Shown in pieces: positions 1 to 5,000 of a stretch of DNA of 7,161 bases. Numbering within the stretch: position 1 is the stretch's first letter; each line of letters begins with the position of its first letter. Location: IMG/VR virus record IMGVR_UViG_2534681979_000007; one strand, written 5' to 3'. The DNA is from a virus. Lineage: Duplodnaviria > Heunggongvirae > Uroviricota > Caudoviricetes. A program made the translations under genes and the position numbers. Under the pieces are notes generated by a model, which saw nothing but the letters and a program-made list of their open reading frames with translations, searched no databases and was not told the origin of the DNA.

Positions 1-174
1 AAAAAAAAGGGATCTAGCTATCTCTATCCCTGTGTGCTTGCAGTCTCAGTTTGAACATAATAAAACGTTGATCAGCGGAACTTTGATTACAGAGCCAAAG
101 TTGACGACCGTAATTATGCACTGAAGGAAAGGGAGTTTAACGCTAACCAGAATTACCGGAATGCGTCACTGGGT

Positions 175-1167
175 ATGGAGCAGCAGCGACTCCAGTTGCA
201 GAAATACAACCAGCGACGGCTTGAGTATAACGATATGATTGCCCATAGCCAGCCACTAATGGAAGCGCTTGGAAAAGCAATTGAGGCTGGCGATCAGGAG
301 GCTGCAACGCGTCTGTTCGGGCAGCTGCCAAAGGGACATCCATTAATTCTTATGTCAAACGAAGGCTATGCAGCGAAAGCGGGTCAGGCCGTGATCAACC
401 TGCAAAAAATCTTTGGTGATAAGCCGGACATGGCGATCGATTCGCTGAATACCCCGGAAAATCTCGATGTGCTTTCCGGCGTGTTTGCCCCGGAACTACA
501 ACAGCGTATTGGCATGCCTGATTCAACCGGGGAAAAAACGATAAAAGAGGCCAGGATTGGCAGTATCGTACCAGCGCAGCAGGAAGGGTACGTACTTATT
601 GGCCTTGATCTCACATACAGCGATGGCTCCACCGCGCATAAACCTGTAACAGAATACGGCAGTGCGCACCCTGATGATCAAACCGTGCTGGCGATACCCG
701 TTGATAAGGCTATCGCTCAGGTCAGGGATCGCAGCAAATTTGCAGAGATATCGAAAAATTATGGTTATTTTATGCCGAAGCAGCAGGGACTTTCTCTGAA
801 AGAGCTTCAGAAGGGGGCCAGCAACGTAGCGGCGGACGCGATCAAGAATGGCGGTAATGCTCAGGCTGCGGTGGATGAATATTATGCTGCGACTGGTTCA
901 CAACCGCATCAACAGAAAATTCAGCAACAAAAACTTCAGCAACAGGTTATCAACTGGGCGGGAGATGATCCTGATAAGCTGTCATTTGCCAGAAATGTAG
1001 CGGCCCGTCAGCCTGAAATGCTGGAACCTCAGAATCAGAAATTGCTGGAGAACGGGTATGCGAATTTTCTCCGTATTCAAAAGGCCAGGGGGGAACAGGC
1101 CAGAGATGAAAGTGCTTCATCTGCATCTCAGTTTATCCGTGGACTGAAACAGAATTACGCCCAGTAA
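175..1167 (+). CDS. Hypothetical protein, 330 aa, hydrophilic with a Gln-rich segment; first gene of a three-gene co-directional cluster
   Basis: Complete ORF in frame 1 from the six-frame track. Frame 1 has tandem stops at 58..63 and no ATG/GTG/TTG between 64 and 174, so ATG 175 is the first available start. The Shine-Dalgarno upstream of 175 is weak (ctgggt). The ORF ends at TAA 1165..1167 and is followed 34 nt later by a hairpin plus T-tract. No recognisable catalytic motif seen by eye. Confidence 0.7.
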   Translation: MEQQRLQLQKYNQRRLEYNDMIAHSQPLMEALGKAIEAGDQEAATRLFGQLPKGHPLILMSNEGYAAKAGQAVINLQKIFGDKPDMAIDSLNTPENLDVLSGVFAPELQQRIGMPDSTGEKTIKEARIGSIVPAQQEGYVLIGLDLTYSDGSTAHKPVTEYGSAHPDDQTVLAIPVDKAIAQVRDRSKFAEISKNYGYFMPKQQGLSLKELQKGASNVAADAIKNGGNAQAAVDEYYAATGSQPHQQKIQQQKLQQQVINWAGDDPDKLSFARNVAARQPEMLEPQNQKLLENGYANFLRIQKARGEQARDESASSASQFIRGLKQNYAQ

Positions 1168-1200
1168 TTCACGATATTCCATTAATACCATTTCCTGATG

Positions 1201-1225
1201 CCCGGCCATTGTGCCGGGTTTTTTT
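1201..1225 (+). terminator. Rho-independent terminator-like hairpin: 6-bp all-GC stem (CCCGGC / GCCGGG), 6-nt loop (CATTGT), followed by T7
   Basis: Read directly: 1201..1206 cccggc pairs with 1213..1218 gccggg, loop 1207..1212, then ttttttt at 1219..1225. It lies in the gap between the stop of gene 1 (1167) and the probable start of gene 2 (1237). Confidence 0.5.
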
Positions 1226-1236
1226 ATGGAGTCTGT

Positions 1237-1998
1237 ATGGCCTATTCAGAGGAACAGCGTCCTGAGGCGCAACTCGGTAACCAGAATCGTAACAGCCTGA
1301 ACATTCAGCAACCCGGCGAAACTGACAGCTATGAAGCATTTTTCTCTGATCCGAATCGCTGGAAGGATAACAGTACGTCGTTCAGCCTGGGCGATGTATT
1401 GCCAACAATGGGTAAAGGTTTCGCCCAGTCCGTCCGGGGAACAGGGGAAATGGCCCGTGGACTCGGTGATGCGATGATTCAGAGCCCGGTAAAAACAGGG
1501 GCGCGTATTTTAAATGAGTTTAGCCGTATGGGGCTGCCGGGTGTCGCAACTGTGCAGGATATTTTTGCCGGTGGCAGCAGGGGGGCTGATGAGGTCATCG
1601 ATACCCTGCCTGATGGCAAAAACGCGGTTACTGATACTGTCGGTAAAGGTCTGAAGGCAACCGGTAAGGCTGTCAGTGATGGTGCCAAAGCCACTGATGA
1701 ATGGCTGACCGGTAAGATGTCGCCGGGTGCAGTTCGTGCGCTGAATACGCCGATGACCGAAGGCTATAATGATTCTGCGGTCTGGGTGGCGAAGGGTGTA
1801 AACCTGATTGGTGCGCTTGTACCTGATATGGTTGCTGGCGGTGTGGCTAGAAAGGTGGGTGATGTCACACTGCGAAAAATGCTGACCGCCGGGCTGGAGA
1901 AAAAATACATCGCGGCAGGGATGCAGCCGGAAAGAGCCACGGCACTGGCAGCAGAAGCTGTCGATAAAAAATGCCGGATTTATTCCAGGCGGGCCTGA
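1237..1998 (+). CDS. Hypothetical Gly/Ala-rich protein, about 253 aa, with a hydrophobic segment near the C-terminal third (VWVAKGVNLIGALVPDMVAGGVA)
   Basis: Frame 1 ORF listed in the track as 1198..1998. The ATG at 1198 lies immediately before the terminator hairpin so that the hairpin and T-tract would be coding. The in-frame ATG at 1237 is preceded by GGAG (1228..1231) with a 5-nt spacer, so 1237 is the preferred start. Stop is TGA 1996..1998. Confidence 0.7.
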   Translation: MAYSEEQRPEAQLGNQNRNSLNIQQPGETDSYEAFFSDPNRWKDNSTSFSLGDVLPTMGKGFAQSVRGTGEMARGLGDAMIQSPVKTGARILNEFSRMGLPGVATVQDIFAGGSRGADEVIDTLPDGKNAVTDTVGKGLKATGKAVSDGAKATDEWLTGKMSPGAVRALNTPMTEGYNDSAVWVAKGVNLIGALVPDMVAGGVARKVGDVTLRKMLTAGLEKKYIAAGMQPERATALAAEAVDKKCRIYSRRA

Positions 1999-2036
1999 TC
2001 ACCCATTCCACTGTAAGTGCACAGGGGCAGAGTGCA

Positions 2037-5000
2037 ATGGCGGCAGCAGATGCTGTTCTTAATGCTGATTACTCTGAGCTGGCGCAGTCACCGAAATTTC
2101 AGCAGACGTTTTTGTCCATTGACGCCGACCCGCAGCACGCACAGCTTACTGATCGCCAGAAAATGGATCTGGCAAAAGAGCGTGTTGCCGATGAGGTGCG
2201 CGCGCAGCTGGCAACCGATCCTGAATTGCTGGCTGTGAATGCCATGGCGGCAAAACTGGGTGACGCACAACTGTTTAATCTGGTGACACGAGGCACAGCG
2301 AAGACCGTTAAAAGCGGCATTGTCAGAAATGCCACTGCACAGGGGGCGATTAATGCGGCGCAGGGCGGCTATTCACGCTATCAGGAAAACACGGCATTGC
2401 GTGAGACCGCCGGAATGGATGTATCGCCATGGGAGGGCGTGGCTGACGCAACGATCGAAGGTGCTGCCCTTGGTGCTGCGATGGGGGCTCCATTCGGTGC
2501 GGTTGCCGGATATCGTGGCAGACGTCAGGCCGCAGAAGAAACCGCCATGCGTGATGCTGAAACCGTGCAGCAGGACGACGCAGCCCCGCAACCAGAATCT
2601 GTTGATCCGGTGGCGCAGCAGCGTGAATCCATGCAGGGCATGAATCGCGAGCAGCTTCTGGAGCAGTATGCTGATGCGGATATGGCAACAGAGGGTGACG
2701 CATCCGCAGCTCATCGCCGGGAAGCTGCCAGCCAGTTGTTGAATGAACTGGACGAACAGACGAAGCGACAGGCTGTGATGAATGAGCTGAAGGCGAAGCC
2801 GCGTTCTGAACTGCTTGAGGAATACCGCAGACTCAGCCAGAAAGAGGGGCGCACCGAGACTGAAGAACAACAGTTTCAGGCAATACGAGAAGTCATTCGC
2901 CCACAACAGGAAGTGACGCCGGAAGCACAGTCACAGCCTGAAAATGCGGAGGATGGTAACGGGAGCATTTACCCGACGGTGCGGTTCCGGGACCCGAATG
3001 AAGTCCGCATTGAAATTAACGGGAATGGTGCGTCCAGACCAGCGGAACGCATTGAGAAGGTGCGCCCGGACAACCGTTATTTCACGGATGAGAAAAGCGC
3101 CATGGGGAGTGATGTTTTCCGTAATGCCGCCGCCACCGGCCTGAAACCGTCCGTAGTGAAGAAAGGCGAGAATCAGTATGCCGTTGAAATGGATAATCCT
3201 GCGTTCTCTGAAGATGTGGCAACGGAGACCATTAACACTCTGGCTGACGGAGAGCGTATTACTGATGCTGATCCGATGGAACAGCCCGCGTTCATGCGTG
3301 ACCCGCGATTCCGTGGTTTTACGGGGGATGATACAGAAGTGCAGGCCCGTCTTGCCCGTGGCAACGCGCCGACGGCGGAAGAACTGGTGCGTTCCCAGAT
3401 GGCTGAAGGTGATGCCGGTCCGACAGCACAGGAGTTAACTGAGCGTCCACGCCTTCCCGCTCCCGGCGATATTCATCCCGGACAGGGATATCCGTTACCA
3501 GGAGAAGTGGCGCGTACGCCGGATGAAAATCAGGCCGGACGTGGTGGTCGTTTTACCACAACCGGTGAGGTGAAGGGCCAGAGTTTCCAGAAAGGACGTG
3601 AGCAGGCACCGGAAAATGCCGCTGGTCGCCAGGGGGAAATACTGGAGGGCGAAACAGTTCGTCGTGGTCTGCCGTCACCGGATGAGCAGAACGCCACAGC
3701 ACCAGTGCGTGAAGGACTTCCTGCACCTGAAAGTCAGCGTGGGGTTGATATGCCACAGCCTGAATCACTCCCTCGTATGGTTCGTGACTCCCTTCCGGAA
3801 CTGGCACAGCAGGCAGAAGCACGCAGACAGACCGGGGATAATCGCCAGACCATAACCGATGTTCCGGATACTGAGGTGCCGGTGCCGGTAGATAAACCGA
3901 GCACTCACCAGCAGGTGCGTGGTGCGAAAATTGAAGACTTTGGCGAGGAGATTAAGGGCGCGGCAAAACACCGTTATGCGCAGCTTGCTGAAGCTATGGG
4001 TAAAACGCTGGAGGATGGGGAGTACGCGACACAACCACTGAGCAAACTGTTTCCAAAGCCGGATTATGCCCGTCTGGAAAAAGAAGGTGTGGATAGTGAC
4101 ACGCTGGCAATGATGGCGTTGTATCGCAGTGAAATTCCCACCAGAACAAGCCGTAACATGCAGAAATGGATCAGCATTGTTAAAAGCGGTCGCGAAGCTA
4201 CTGCCGGTATGCTGGAGGGGAAAATTCCGGCAGCGAAACTGGCTGATATGATGGACAGTAAGCCGGGGTTACGGAGCATGTCGGATACCTGGAAACTGCT
4301 CCGTACGCTTTCTGCATTGCAGATTGATAAAGCATCCGGCTATCGTGTCAGGTCCGGTGTTTATTCGTTTGTCGGGGGAAAACGTTACGATCCGCCGCAA
4401 ATGATGTATTCGCTTCGTGATAGCAAGGGGCGCGACCTCTTTTTCTCGGAAAGCCGGGATGAGTTACTGAAAAAGGCGAAAGCATATTTCGATGAACAAG
4501 GCTCCAGAGAAAGGGAAACGCCAGCAACCTCTGCTGATGACAGAATAACCTTTGACGTGTACCGGCATAAGGCCAGTGGCGACATTTTTATCGGTTATGG
4601 CAAAAACAGGCAGAAACTGAAGGGCGGTTTTGAGTCTGCCCGTGATGCACATGATTATGTGCGCACACATCGTGATGAGCTGGTTAATCAGGTGAAGGCG
4701 CTGCGTGAAGTCTCGCGTGAGGAGCAGCGTAACGCCACCAACCGCGATCGTACCGGACCAGAACGCCGCAAGGGGGATGTTTCGCCGGAGCAGTTCAGTG
4801 ATGCGTTTGGTTTTCGTGGTGTGCAGTTTGGTAATTATGTGGAAAGTCCGCGTCGTCAGGCTGATTTGAACCGGGCTTATGACTCGCTGCATGACCTGGC
4901 TGACGTGCTGAACGTGCCGACAAAAGCGCTTTCTCTGAACGGTCGTCTTGGGCTTGCTTTTGGTGCCCGTGGTAAGGGTAAGGCGGCGGCACACTATGAG

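Noticed and set aside
61-124. Possible programmed -1 frameshift fusing an upstream frame-2 ORF to gene 1 (both frames open across 64..124)
   Set aside because: No slippery heptanucleotide (X XXY YYZ) or downstream structure in the overlap. Open frames of this length occur by chance.
101-135. Promoter-like and Shine-Dalgarno-like elements upstream of gene 1 (TTGACG at 101..106; aaggaaagggag at 124..135)
   Set aside because: No properly spaced -10 hexamer follows the TTGACG. The purine-rich tract has no start codon 5 to 13 nt downstream in any frame.
1198-1236. Track start codon ATG 1198 for the second gene
   Set aside because: Using it would make the terminator hairpin and T7 tract (1201..1225) coding (MPGHCAGFFYGVC). 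The in-frame ATG at 1237 has a proper GGAG Shine-Dalgarno 5 nt upstream.
4962-4985. Walker-A-like GARGKGKA in the giant protein
   Set aside because: It does not fit GxxxxGK[ST] (Ala follows the GK), and no Walker B or helicase motifs were seen nearby. It is more likely a Gly-rich loop preceding the HExxH helix.
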